Shown piece by piece: positions 8,844 through 18,484 of a stretch of DNA of 33,825 nt; the stretch's first letter is position 1; each line of letters opens with the position of its first letter. The notes below the pieces were generated by a model that worked only from the letters and a program-made list of their open reading frames with translations, had not been told where the DNA came from and did no database searches. The stretch is from Planctomycetota bacterium. GTDB lineage: Bacteria > Planctomycetota > Phycisphaerae > Phycisphaerales > SM1A02. The translations under genes and the position numbers were made by a program. The stretch is from contig JAYZCQ010000119.1 in the NCBI GenBank assembly GCA_036338245.1, positions 1 to 33,825 of the forward strand. The letters run 5' to 3'.

Positions 8844-10096
8844 CAATCATTTGGGCTATCTTTGCCTCCTGTGTATTTGTTGGCGCGTGGCTATCAACAA
8901 TTGAACGTGCAATGACGCAACTGAACAAGTTTTCATTGCAACATGAGTTTGAACTCAAAGGTTCACCAACACGGGGTATCTGGATTGCGAAGCATTTTGA
9001 GAATGTCATTCAATCCATTGCGCTTTTTAGAGTTTTATTGTTCCTCACATCTGTTGGCTGTCTGATGGAAGTTTTGACAGCAGTAAGTCTTGATTTAGAA
9101 GTCATCGTGTCATTTGCAATTGCTGGATTGGTGCATTGGTTCTGTTCATCAATGATTGCTGGTGCAATTGCAGTTTCCATACCTATTGAAACTGTTCAAA
9201 GTGGTTGGCTACTCATCCGCTTCGTGTCAATAGTTGGGTTGGTATTGAGCGGCTTGACTAACATCGTTCATGAAATAGTGAGGCGCTTAACTGGCGCAAA
9301 CCTAAAAGCGCCAAGCCAAGGAAGTGAAGTTGAAGAGCAACTTCTTCGTTCCATTGAACACTCACAGCGTGAAGGTGGCCTTCCGGCTGAAGCTGCAGAG
9401 ATGCTAGAGAATGTGGTCGACTTGGGTTCGACAGATGTCGGTGAAATCATGACTCCACGTACGGATATTGTTGGTATTGAACTTACTGATGACCTTGATT
9501 CCATCCGTTCATTTGTTCTTGAATCAGGACGCTCGCGAATTCCTGTGTTTGAAGAAAACCTCGACCAAATTGTTGGGATTCTCTATGTCAAAGACTTGAT
9601 TGAGTTTTTGGGTTCAGACATTAATGGCTTCAATTTGAAAACTATTCTTCGTAAACCTATTGTTGTGCCAGATACCAAACTTGTTCAAGAGCTCCTTGCT
9701 GACTTTCAAACAAGTGAAGTCCACATGGCAGTTGTCATTGATGAGTACGGAGGCACTGCTGGGCTTGTAACAATTGAAGATGTTCTTGAAGAAATTGTCG
9801 GCGAGATTCGAGATGAACATGATGATGCTGAAGAGAGCGAACCTGAGATACTTCGCATTTCAGAAGTTCTGATCGAAGTCGATGGTCGGTTTAATCTTGA
9901 TGACATCAACGATGAGTTAAGCATTGAACTTCCTGAAGACGAAGAATACGACACAATCGCTGGGTACATCCTGGCAAACCTTGGACATGTACCGCGAGTT
10001 GGTGAAAAGCTTGAATTAGAACACCTTCGATTTACAGCCTTAAAAGCGACTTCAACGCAAATTGAGCGTGTTTCTATCGAGATTATGCCAAAATAG
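8837..10096 (+). CDS. CNNM/hemolysin-family protein (DUF21 membrane domain + CBS pair + CorC/HlyC domain)
   Basis: N-terminal TM helices, then IMTPRTDIVGIE and AVVIDEYGGTAGLVTIEDVLEEIVGEIRDE blocks typical of CorC/TlyC-type proteins. Start is ambiguous (TTG 8825, GTG 8837 or TTG 8840) and overlaps the ybeY stop. Confidence 0.85.
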   Translation: MLTIIWAIFASCVFVGAWLSTIERAMTQLNKFSLQHEFELKGSPTRGIWIAKHFENVIQSIALFRVLLFLTSVGCLMEVLTAVSLDLEVIVSFAIAGLVHWFCSSMIAGAIAVSIPIETVQSGWLLIRFVSIVGLVLSGLTNIVHEIVRRLTGANLKAPSQGSEVEEQLLRSIEHSQREGGLPAEAAEMLENVVDLGSTDVGEIMTPRTDIVGIELTDDLDSIRSFVLESGRSRIPVFEENLDQIVGILYVKDLIEFLGSDINGFNLKTILRKPIVVPDTKLVQELLADFQTSEVHMAVVIDEYGGTAGLVTIEDVLEEIVGEIRDEHDDAEESEPEILRISEVLIEVDGRFNLDDINDELSIELPEDEEYDTIAGYILANLGHVPRVGEKLELEHLRFTALKATSTQIERVSIEIMPK

Positions 10097-10105
10097 CCAC
10101 GACCA

Positions 10106-11233
10106 TTAATCGAGCAAGTGTTTATGCAGCGTTAGGCGATTCTTCAGCAACCCCTTAATTGAGGCGTTGCGAGGTTTATCTAGCCCAACACACGAAACGA
10201 CAAGCATCTTGATAAGTCCGTGATAATCGCGAACTGAAATACATTCAGATTCGATTTTCGCGGGCTTTTTCTTTTGAAGCACGCCATCAATGTCGCGCAT
10301 GTTGTGGTAATTACCAAGTGGGAGGCAAAGGCATGTTGAGAGATATCCATACTGACAAAATGCAGTCGACTCACATGTTCCGCCAGGCATCAGTTTCCGT
10401 TGCCACTTAAATGATGGTCTCTTCTTCTGGTAATCATTCGTGATTTCAGTAATGGCATTCGTCAGCTCTGGACCAAAGACGCTTGTCTTATCACCGACTC
10501 TTAATATTGGACCTCCCCCGATGGGCGACTCTGGAAAACTTCGCGATGTTTCAAGACAAAGCAATCGCGATGACTTCGGAACACTTTTATTGTTTGCAGC
10601 AGCAATTGCTCCAACGAATCCAATTTCTTCTGCTCGCGTGAGCAAAACGCCAACGTGCCCCATTCCCCGCTCACTTTTCAGGTTATCTAGCGCGCCGAGT
10701 GCAGCAGCGACGCCTGCCAAATCATCACATGCAGGTGCGTGCAAGAGGTCATCTTTAATATATGAGGGCTTCAGTTTCCAACGTGCGAGATCCCCTTCAA
10801 CGAACAATCCGGCAATGCTCTTCTTGAGTTTTACTTTGACGCGCTTAAATGGTTTTGTTTTTGATTGCAGTGAGACAATTGTGCCTTCAAAGGGTTGCTC
10901 GTTATCATCAAAAACCTCAATTTTTGTGCCAACAAAATATGAATCATTGACACCACCACGAAATTCAAGCTCAAGATGGGTTTGATCAATCTGTTTACGG
11001 ACGACAAAGGCTGGATGGTCAAGATGTGCCGTGATGTAGATTGGCTTCTTTTTTGATGCCCTCGCCTGTGTCAGCAATAAGTTACCAAACCGGTCCTCTA
11101 ACAGTGCAATGCCTTTTGTTCGCTTTGCCCAGGCCTTAACCCATCCGATGACTCTGTCCTCTCGTCCAGCTGCCGTGGGAAGATTCGTCAATTCAATGAG
11201 CCATTGTTCATGTCGTTTCATAAGGCTTAACAT
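10106..11233 (-). CDS. M42/M28-type metallopeptidase-like hydrolase
   Basis: Metal-ligand-like blocks in family order: AHLDHPAF, ACDDLAG, RAEEIGFVGA, PGGTCEST, NYHN. Confidence 0.6.
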   Translation of the reverse strand: MLSLMKRHEQWLIELTNLPTAAGREDRVIGWVKAWAKRTKGIALLEDRFGNLLLTQARASKKKPIYITAHLDHPAFVVRKQIDQTHLELEFRGGVNDSYFVGTKIEVFDDNEQPFEGTIVSLQSKTKPFKRVKVKLKKSIAGLFVEGDLARWKLKPSYIKDDLLHAPACDDLAGVAAALGALDNLKSERGMGHVGVLLTRAEEIGFVGAIAAANNKSVPKSSRLLCLETSRSFPESPIGGGPILRVGDKTSVFGPELTNAITEITNDYQKKRPSFKWQRKLMPGGTCESTAFCQYGYLSTCLCLPLGNYHNMRDIDGVLQKKKPAKIESECISVRDYHGLIKMLVVSCVGLDKPRNASIKGLLKNRLTLHKHLLD

Positions 11234-11273
11234 TGTAAGTCATTGCGCGGTAAATCACCGTGTAGGGTAAAAT

Positions 11274-12455
11274 ATGGAGATGGCGCTAGATTCAATCGAA
11301 TCCGTATTAGAAGACCTCAAAGCAGGCAAGATCATTGTGCTCATTGATGATGAGAATCGTGAGAATGAAGGTGATTTTGTTGTGGCTGCTGAACACATCG
11401 ATGTTGAGAAAATCAACTTCTTTACTCGCATTGGCGGTGGGTATCTTTGTGTGGCAATGGCTGGGGAAGATTGTGACCGTTTAGAACTTGGCCCACAATG
11501 TTTAACCAACACAAGTGTTCGCGGAACGCCTTTTACAATTAGCGTCGATGGGCATCCAAGACACAATGTGAGCACCGGCATCTCAGCAAGTGACCGAGTG
11601 AAAACAATTCAACTCCTCACGGATGAGTCTTCAAGGCCAGATGATTTTGTAAGACCCGGCCACATCAATCCACTCCGCGCGCGCGCGGGCGGCGTTCTTG
11701 CTCGTACTGGGCAGACTGAGGGCTCCGTTGACTTATGTCAACTTGCGGGTCTTAAACCGGCAGCCGCCATAATCGAAGTGGTTCGCGAAGATGGCGAAAT
11801 GGCTCGCGTTCCAGACTTAGAAAAAATATGCGAAGAGCACGGATTCAAAATGTGCTCAGTCGAACAAATCATTGAGTATAGACTCGCAAGAGAATCACTG
11901 ATTAACCGAATCGAACCTGCATGCGGGACACCGATTGAAACGCCATATGGCACCTTTAATTTGATTGCGTATCACAGTGCAATCGATGCTGTGCCCCACC
12001 TTGCACTCACAGTGGGCGGGGTCGGTGAACTCGATGAATATGGAAGTGCAGCGCCAATTGATGAGCCTGTACTTGTACGGGTTCATAGACGTAACTTACT
12101 TGGTGACATCTTTGACGCAGCAGACCATCCTTCAGGGAAAGAACTTAGAGGTTCACTTCAGCGGATTGCTGATGCTGGTCGCGGCGCACTGATTTACTTG
12201 CGCCCTGAACAGTATGGCGATGAGTTCATCGACAGACTGCAACGCATTCAACGGCCTGAAGTTGATGTCAATGTTCCAGATCTTACGACTGCACAACAAC
12301 CAATGGATAGGCGAGATTATGGAACGGGCGTCCAAATCATTCGCGACTTGGGGTTACGCAACTTAAAACTCTTGACGAATCACCCGAAAAAATTGACAGC
12401 GCTTCATGGATTTGGCATCCATATTGAAGAACAAATCCCAATTGATATTCAATGA
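11274..12455 (+). CDS. ribBA: 3,4-dihydroxy-2-butanone-4-phosphate synthase fused to a degenerate GTP cyclohydrolase II-like domain
   Basis: The N-terminal half has DDENRENEGDFV, RPGHINPL and RTGQTEGSVDL (RibB blocks). The C-terminal half aligns by eye to RibA (ETPYGTF, PVLVRVH, LLTNHPKK) but lacks the zinc cysteines. Confidence 0.85.
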   Translation: MEMALDSIESVLEDLKAGKIIVLIDDENRENEGDFVVAAEHIDVEKINFFTRIGGGYLCVAMAGEDCDRLELGPQCLTNTSVRGTPFTISVDGHPRHNVSTGISASDRVKTIQLLTDESSRPDDFVRPGHINPLRARAGGVLARTGQTEGSVDLCQLAGLKPAAAIIEVVREDGEMARVPDLEKICEEHGFKMCSVEQIIEYRLARESLINRIEPACGTPIETPYGTFNLIAYHSAIDAVPHLALTVGGVGELDEYGSAAPIDEPVLVRVHRRNLLGDIFDAADHPSGKELRGSLQRIADAGRGALIYLRPEQYGDEFIDRLQRIQRPEVDVNVPDLTTAQQPMDRRDYGTGVQIIRDLGLRNLKLLTNHPKKLTALHGFGIHIEEQIPIDIQ

Positions 12456-13271
12456 TTACCGGCGGTTACCGAGAATGATGGCAAGCCTGAAGCAGAGTTT
12501 GACAGCTTCAAGATAAATCCAAATCAGCGACACAATCAAAATGAAACCGCAGAACCACTCCATTTGTTTTGGTTCACCTGATTTGACATGTTGTTCAACC
12601 ATGCCAAAGTCGATGATAAGCCAGAGTGATGCAACTGCAAGAATAAAGAGATTGAGCCCAAGCCCAATCATTGCGGTTTGCCCACCTTCAAATGCTGAAG
12701 CAAGTGTAAGGAATGGCATTTGCGCGCCAAAGAGGGACATGATGAATGAGATGAGGTATGTCACAAAGATGCCAAGCGTGAGTACGCAAATAACGGTCGT
12801 AAACATTTTAGTTGGCTTCAAGATATTGAAGTAATACAACGCAAGCATCGATATGAGGACGCTGATTGTGATGGCGAATGCTTGCAGTGCAAGCCCGCCA
12901 GCTGCGGCGTAGCCCATGTTGATGAGCATGTTGTCAAGCCAATACGTAATGGTGCCTAAAAACGCACCTTGGACGAGTGCATAGACCCATGCAAAGTATT
13001 TTGCTCGCATCGGTTTGAAAATGATGACAAAGTAAGAGGCGATTGAAGCGATGAAACCAAGAATGCCAAGAGGCATTGCGAGTGCTGGCTGATTTGTCAC
13101 AAGCCAAATTCCAAACATGCCACCGATTGCGGCAATCATTGCAAGCATACTTGTTTTGTTAACGACGCCCTGAATCGATGCGGTATTTTCGCCTGATTCA
13201 GCTAGACCTGTACTCCAGACATCATCGTTTCTTAGTGCTGGGTTTGTTGAATGGAACATGCTTCTTCTCAT
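12456..13271 (-). CDS. Bax inhibitor-1/YccA-family membrane protein
   Basis: 271 aa. N-terminal STNPALRND followed by about 7 hydrophobic helices. AAGGAG (13286-13281) lies 9 nt upstream of the ATG. Confidence 0.7.
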   Translation of the reverse strand: MRRSMFHSTNPALRNDDVWSTGLAESGENTASIQGVVNKTSMLAMIAAIGGMFGIWLVTNQPALAMPLGILGFIASIASYFVIIFKPMRAKYFAWVYALVQGAFLGTITYWLDNMLINMGYAAAGGLALQAFAITISVLISMLALYYFNILKPTKMFTTVICVLTLGIFVTYLISFIMSLFGAQMPFLTLASAFEGGQTAMIGLGLNLFILAVASLWLIIDFGMVEQHVKSGEPKQMEWFCGFILIVSLIWIYLEAVKLCFRLAIILGNRR

Positions 13272-13313
13272 CGTGGTGTACTCCTTTGATTAACCTCGTG
13301 TATTCTACTCGTT

Positions 13314-14441
13314 ATGCCAACAACAGCACAACTCATAGACGCCTTTAACGAGTTTGCTCCTGAACATTATGCAAATGACTGGGACAATGTCGGATTGCTC
13401 GTTGGTTCTGCAACTTGGGATGCGTCTCGCATTTTGCTCACCATCGATTTGACCGAAGAAGTCATGCAGGAAGCGATTCAAAGCAAGGCGAATGCAATTG
13501 TTGCGTATCACCCCCCAATATTTGATGCCCTTTCTTCAGTGACAGACAAAACTTTCAAAGAACGCATTGTGCTTAAAGCAATTGAGCATTCGATAGCGAT
13601 TTATTCACCACACACAGCACTCGATGTTGCTCGCGGGGGCATAAACGATTGGATTGCTGAAGGGATCGGGCAAGGCGATATCCGCGCAATCGCACCATTT
13701 GGAAACTTGCCATCTTCTGAGCAATGCAAACTTGTAACGATGTGCCCCGAAGAAAGTCTAGAACCTATTCGAAGCGCTCTTGCTAGTGTTGCATGCGGAC
13801 GAATCGGTAACTATGAACAGTGTTCTTTTACAACAAAAGGTACTGGAACTTTTCTTGGGAACGAAAACTCAAATCCCGTTGTTGGGAAAGCGGGCGAACT
13901 TGAAGTGACGCCAGAGAGCAAACTTGAAATGGTCGTTTCGTTATCTGCCCTTTCGCTAGCGATTCAAACCTTGAAGCAGTTCCACCCTTATGAAGAACCA
14001 GTTATAGAGGTCTATCAGTTAAGTGAACGCCCCCATCGTGCGATTGGTGTTGGCAGGCGTATTCGCCTTGACCAAGAAGTACAACTTGACGAACTTGCAC
14101 GTCGTGTTAAAAAACACTTGAACATTGGTTACGTTAGAGTTGCTCCTGCAAACGGAGTTGATGAGCGTTCAATTGTCAAAACAGTTGGATTGTGTGCCGG
14201 TGCGGGCGGGTCAGTTTGCCAAGAAGCGATTGCTGAAGGTTGCGAAGTGTACATCACAGGTGAGATGACTCATCACCAGGTTGTTGCGGCGCTTGCTCGT
14301 GGCTGTTCGGTCATCTTGACTGGTCACACGAACAGCGAGCGAGGATTTTTGCCAACACTTAAGAAACTTCTTGAGGAACACTTAGATGGTACGTCCATCA
14401 CAGTGAGTTCAGCAGACTCTACGCTTTGGTCATATTTTTAA
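13314..14441 (+). CDS. NIF3-family dinuclear-metal protein (long form with insertion domain)
   Basis: DWDNVGLLVG near the N-terminus, AYHPPIF, YSPHTALD and C-terminal TGEMTHH ... GHTNSER blocks are typical of NIF3/YbgI/YqfO. Confidence 0.85.
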   Translation: MPTTAQLIDAFNEFAPEHYANDWDNVGLLVGSATWDASRILLTIDLTEEVMQEAIQSKANAIVAYHPPIFDALSSVTDKTFKERIVLKAIEHSIAIYSPHTALDVARGGINDWIAEGIGQGDIRAIAPFGNLPSSEQCKLVTMCPEESLEPIRSALASVACGRIGNYEQCSFTTKGTGTFLGNENSNPVVGKAGELEVTPESKLEMVVSLSALSLAIQTLKQFHPYEEPVIEVYQLSERPHRAIGVGRRIRLDQEVQLDELARRVKKHLNIGYVRVAPANGVDERSIVKTVGLCAGAGGSVCQEAIAEGCEVYITGEMTHHQVVAALARGCSVILTGHTNSERGFLPTLKKLLEEHLDGTSITVSSADSTLWSYF

Positions 14442-14449
14442 AACGATCA

Positions 14450-15010
14450 TTAGACTTCTTTGTATCGCGGGCAAGTCACAACATGGTCATTCACCATGCC
14501 GACTGCTTGCATGAAGGCATAACAAATTGTTGGGCCAATGAATTTAAAGCCATGCTTCTTTAGGTCTTTTGTCATTGCGACACTTTCCTCAGATTGCGCA
14601 GGAATCTGTGCATCTGTCTTCCAAGTGTTCACAATTGTTTTGTGGTTAACATGTTTCCAAAGAAACTCATCAAAAGAACCTTTGCCGCATTCCATCACTT
14701 TAAGCCATGCCTTCGCGTTTGCTATTGCACCTTCAATCTTAGCTTTTGAACGGATGATGCCGGCATCGTTTAGCAACCTATCAAGGTCACGCTTGCCAAA
14801 ACGAGCCACCTTCTCGGGGTTAAAGTTTTTAAAAGCGTTGCGGAAGTTATCCCGTTTTTTTAAAACAATAATCCAAGATAGCCCCGCCTGGAATCCGTCA
14901 AGGCATAACTTTTCATAAAGCGCTTGGTCGTCGTGTTCAGGAACGCCCCACTCTGTGTCGTGATACGCTACATAGATGGGGTCATCTCCACACCAAACGC
15001 AACGTGTCAT
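14450..15010 (-). CDS. tag: DNA-3-methyladenine glycosylase I
   Basis: Near-collinear with E. coli Tag: CVWCGDDPIYVAYHDTEWGVP, GLSWIIVLKKRDNFR, GPTICYAFMQAVGMVNDHVVTC. Confidence 0.9.
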   Translation of the reverse strand: MTRCVWCGDDPIYVAYHDTEWGVPEHDDQALYEKLCLDGFQAGLSWIIVLKKRDNFRNAFKNFNPEKVARFGKRDLDRLLNDAGIIRSKAKIEGAIANAKAWLKVMECGKGSFDEFLWKHVNHKTIVNTWKTDAQIPAQSEESVAMTKDLKKHGFKFIGPTICYAFMQAVGMVNDHVVTCPRYKEV

Positions 15011-17571
15011 TGTCCGCCACCAAGCAGTTCTTCAAGAAGTTTCACTGGGTCTGGCGCTTCTCCTTCGCCACTGAGTGCGTCACCAATTGCATCACCGATA
15101 GCATCTAATGCGGCGCTTTGAAGTAATTTACTCAAATCAAACTGTGGGTCAACATCTACTTTCGGCTCTGAAATCGTGCCAGTAATGCGGAGCGGTACAT
15201 CAATGTCAGTCGCAAGCCCTCGCAATTCCTTGATTGAATACCCTAGCCCTGTGAGCGGTACAGCTGATGTTAGATTTAATTTTCGGTTGTTTAAATTAAT
15301 CGTTCCTGCATATGGCACTGAATACTTGCCGTCAATAATGAGGTTGAATTCGTCATACGTTATGACGCCTTTGCGAATCTGAATTTCAATTGGTTCAAAT
15401 TCTGCTGGAATCATTTCGGCATGTGAAGAGTTAAAAATCGGAAGCAACTGAAGTGTTGCTGCTCCACTATCAAGTTCTACTTCACCGATATCAATACGTA
15501 CATCTGCGTTTAGTTTTTTGACATTGCCATCGAGAGGAACGCTTGCGTTGCTCACAGTCATCTTGATTGGGTGTTTGACAGTGCGGATGTCTGAGAGCAC
15601 TGGCCCTAAATCTTTAAGGATTCGCTGTGTTAGTGTGGGTGTTAACTGAAGTGAAGCAACGCTCTTCTGGGAATCGATGTTTGCGAGTTTCCCGGCAATC
15701 GTAAACTGCGTTTCAAAAGAAGCATTTGGGGCGATTCCTCCAGTTTGAACACGCGGCGATCCAGATATATCATCGATAATGCATTCGACAGACACTGGCG
15801 TTCCTACTGAATCGACGAGTAAACCATTACATTCGCCCATTGCATCGATGAGATGTGTGTCAATGCCAGTTGCTGCGAAATGTAGTTGCAACTCGTCATT
15901 GCTTTGACGAGCGCTTTTCCCCTGAATAACAGTTTGCTGGTTGCCAATGGCATACACACCATTAAATGTACTATTGCCATCCATATCGATGTCATCGATT
16001 ACCGCCGCAACTGATACTGGGGCGGCGAATTTCACGCCGGCAATATCTTCAGCAAGTTTGGGATGAACAGTTCCGGTGACGTTGCAGGATGTCAATCGCT
16101 CAAGTCCACTGTCGCCGAGTTCTACAAACCCAGAGAGTTGCAAATGTTTTGCATTGAACGCGACGATGTTTTCTTCTTCTTTCAATGTCAATGACAAATC
16201 GCAGAGTGTGCCAATATCACGAGCAGTGTTGATGTTTTCAAAACCTGCGAGTTCAGCAAGGATGGATGTTGGAAACTGTCTAACATCTATTGAGGCGTGC
16301 CCTGTTGGGAGTGAACTTGACACTTCATCGAGAAGTGCAATAAGCGAATCAGGCTTCTCTGTTTGCTTTGCCACGAGTGTGAATGTGGTTGCTTTATTGT
16401 TTGTTTTCGCTGAGCCTTCAAGGTGAATCTGTTGTTGGTCTTGGATTAAAACAGTAGTGTCCAAATCCCTAATCGTGACATTGGACTTTGTAATTAGGAT
16501 TGGCCCTGAGCAAGAAAGCTGGCCAGTTAAAGAAAACAAATCGCCATGAGGCACACATTCATCGATGGATGCATGGATGGTTGAATCTCCTGATAGGCGA
16601 GATTCTGAAATTGTCTCAATGAGCCCTGAATTGACAGATGCATGCAATTCCACATTTGTAAACGATTGGAACGAAGGGGTCACTAAACCAGTGGCTTGAC
16701 ACTGACTGCTTTCAAAAGAGAACTGAAGCGGTTCGCCTTGCTGCAGGTTTGTTACCTTTAGTGCAAAGGAATCGCCAATATCACGCTCTATGTCTATAGG
16801 CGTCGTATTCAAAAATGGTGCAAGCAAACTACTTGGAACTTGTTCAAGGAGCGCCATGCCCGTGACCTCAAAACCATCAATCGCAACGGGGCTAGATTCG
16901 TCTTCCGACTTTGTGATTTGGAGTTTGATTCGAACATCGCCACTGTCAGCTTCATACTCTTGAAGTGAACCGTGTAAATCAAGATTCATCGTTGTTTCAA
17001 GGTCTGGGGAACTCAGTGAACCATTCATGGCCATCACTGACCACCCGCCTATTGAACCTACTGAGGGAATTGGAATTGAATGAAGTTCAAATGTAGACGT
17101 GAACTCACAATTGTCATTGAGCTCATATTGAGCATCAAGACAGTTAGGTGAGGTTGCTTGAAGTTTAAGATGTCCGCCATCCTGATGCGTAGCATGCACG
17201 TCGATTGAAAGCGCCCCCGATGGGCTAATCGTGACATTGCCCGAGTCAACATCCAGTGCAAGCGTATCATGCGTTCCTATTGTCAACTGCCCATTAATCA
17301 ATAGTTGAATTGACGAGGACTGTTTGATGATATCCATGAGTGGCGCTTGCAAAGCGCAATCGAATGTGCCGCTGAGTTCATCTTCGCTGATTTGCAAACC
17401 ACGAATCTCTTGTGGACCGGACCAAGTGAACTCCACTTGTTCAACATGAATGCCTTCATTGTTGAGCATCGATTGAACGAGGCTTGACACATAAGGTGGG
17501 ATGGCAAAATATGCGGTCGCACCAAGTAAGACAATGATTCCAAGAATGACAAATGAGAGCTTCTTCTTCAT
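15007..17571 (-). CDS. AsmA/TamB-like envelope protein (N-terminally anchored)
   Basis: 854 aa. Single N-terminal TM anchor MKKKLSFVILGIIVLLGATAYFAIPPYV and a long beta-rich body without enzymatic motifs. The C-terminal block DIDVPLRITGTISEPKVDVD resembles the AsmA-family C-terminal signature. Its stop overlaps the tag ATG (ATGA). Confidence 0.5.
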   Translation of the reverse strand: MKKKLSFVILGIIVLLGATAYFAIPPYVSSLVQSMLNNEGIHVEQVEFTWSGPQEIRGLQISEDELSGTFDCALQAPLMDIIKQSSSIQLLINGQLTIGTHDTLALDVDSGNVTISPSGALSIDVHATHQDGGHLKLQATSPNCLDAQYELNDNCEFTSTFELHSIPIPSVGSIGGWSVMAMNGSLSSPDLETTMNLDLHGSLQEYEADSGDVRIKLQITKSEDESSPVAIDGFEVTGMALLEQVPSSLLAPFLNTTPIDIERDIGDSFALKVTNLQQGEPLQFSFESSQCQATGLVTPSFQSFTNVELHASVNSGLIETISESRLSGDSTIHASIDECVPHGDLFSLTGQLSCSGPILITKSNVTIRDLDTTVLIQDQQQIHLEGSAKTNNKATTFTLVAKQTEKPDSLIALLDEVSSSLPTGHASIDVRQFPTSILAELAGFENINTARDIGTLCDLSLTLKEEENIVAFNAKHLQLSGFVELGDSGLERLTSCNVTGTVHPKLAEDIAGVKFAAPVSVAAVIDDIDMDGNSTFNGVYAIGNQQTVIQGKSARQSNDELQLHFAATGIDTHLIDAMGECNGLLVDSVGTPVSVECIIDDISGSPRVQTGGIAPNASFETQFTIAGKLANIDSQKSVASLQLTPTLTQRILKDLGPVLSDIRTVKHPIKMTVSNASVPLDGNVKKLNADVRIDIGEVELDSGAATLQLLPIFNSSHAEMIPAEFEPIEIQIRKGVITYDEFNLIIDGKYSVPYAGTINLNNRKLNLTSAVPLTGLGYSIKELRGLATDIDVPLRITGTISEPKVDVDPQFDLSKLLQSAALDAIGDAIGDALSGEGEAPDPVKLLEELLGGGQ

Positions 17572-17619
17572 CTCGACTGCATGATACTCTCAAGAGTTTT
17601 GTCTGGTAGACTTGCTGAT

Positions 17620-18483
17620 ATGGCATCTTCGCAAATTGAGTGCATCGCGCACGCCAAAATTAACCTCTCGCTCTCTGTAGGCTCAAAACAATCAAATGGG
17701 CTCCATGAGATTGCATCACGAATGGTGTCGATATCGTTGCATGATTCGCTGACACTAACGGCGTTAGATTCACACGCATTATCGAGGTATGCCATTATTT
17801 GGGATGAAGATGCCCCAAAGCAAACGGAAATGGATTGGTCAATTCAATCGGATTTAACTGTCAAAGCACACAAACTCGTACAAGAACAAGTTGGGGATAC
17901 TCTTCCAGTTCAACTCAAACTCCAAAAGCGTATTCCTTTGGGTGGTGGTCTTGGTGGCGGGTCCGCAGATGCAGCAGCAATGCTTGTAGGATTGAAGCAA
18001 CTTTTTGAACTTGAAATTGATTTGCATTCGCTTGCTCGCGAACTTGGCTCCGATGTGCCTTTTCACCTGACAGGACATGAGGCGATTGTTAGCGGCACTG
18101 GTGATTTGATTAAGAATTCTAAGTTTGAACACAAAACAGTTTTGCTCTGTATTCCACCGTATGGATGCAATACAGGCGAGGTCTATCAAGCATTCCAACA
18201 TCGAGATTCGCAAGCAATTGATGTTCAGCGAGTCGAATCGGGCGACATTTTTAACGCGCTCACTGAGGCTGCGTGCGATGTGACACCTCAGTTAAGAAAT
18301 GATATAGACAAACTCTCGAATATTTGCGAATGTGAGGTCCATCTGTCAGGGAGCGGCTCAACTATGTTTGCAATCTGCGATAATGATTCGCACGCACAAA
18401 AGATTGCTGAAGCAGTCCAAATGTCAACGGATTGCATCGCAGTTGTAACTGAAACGTGCTTGCCAGAGAATATGGAGAATTGA
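17620..18483 (+). CDS. ispE: 4-diphosphocytidyl-2-C-methyl-D-erythritol kinase
   Basis: AHAKINLSLSV N-terminal block and GHMP-kinase loop IPLGGGLGGGSADAAA. ATG 17620 gives the usual N-terminal length. ATG 17581 is an alternative start. Confidence 0.85.
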   Translation: MASSQIECIAHAKINLSLSVGSKQSNGLHEIASRMVSISLHDSLTLTALDSHALSRYAIIWDEDAPKQTEMDWSIQSDLTVKAHKLVQEQVGDTLPVQLKLQKRIPLGGGLGGGSADAAAMLVGLKQLFELEIDLHSLARELGSDVPFHLTGHEAIVSGTGDLIKNSKFEHKTVLLCIPPYGCNTGEVYQAFQHRDSQAIDVQRVESGDIFNALTEAACDVTPQLRNDIDKLSNICECEVHLSGSGSTMFAICDNDSHAQKIAEAVQMSTDCIAVVTETCLPENMEN

Positions 18484-18484
18484 A

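Noticed and set aside
11234-11273. Expected FMN riboswitch upstream of ribBA, and a Moco riboswitch upstream of the YdeP-type gene at 20186-20191
   Set aside because: The spacers are only 40 nt and 6 nt. There is no room for either aptamer, and no conserved riboswitch cores were seen.
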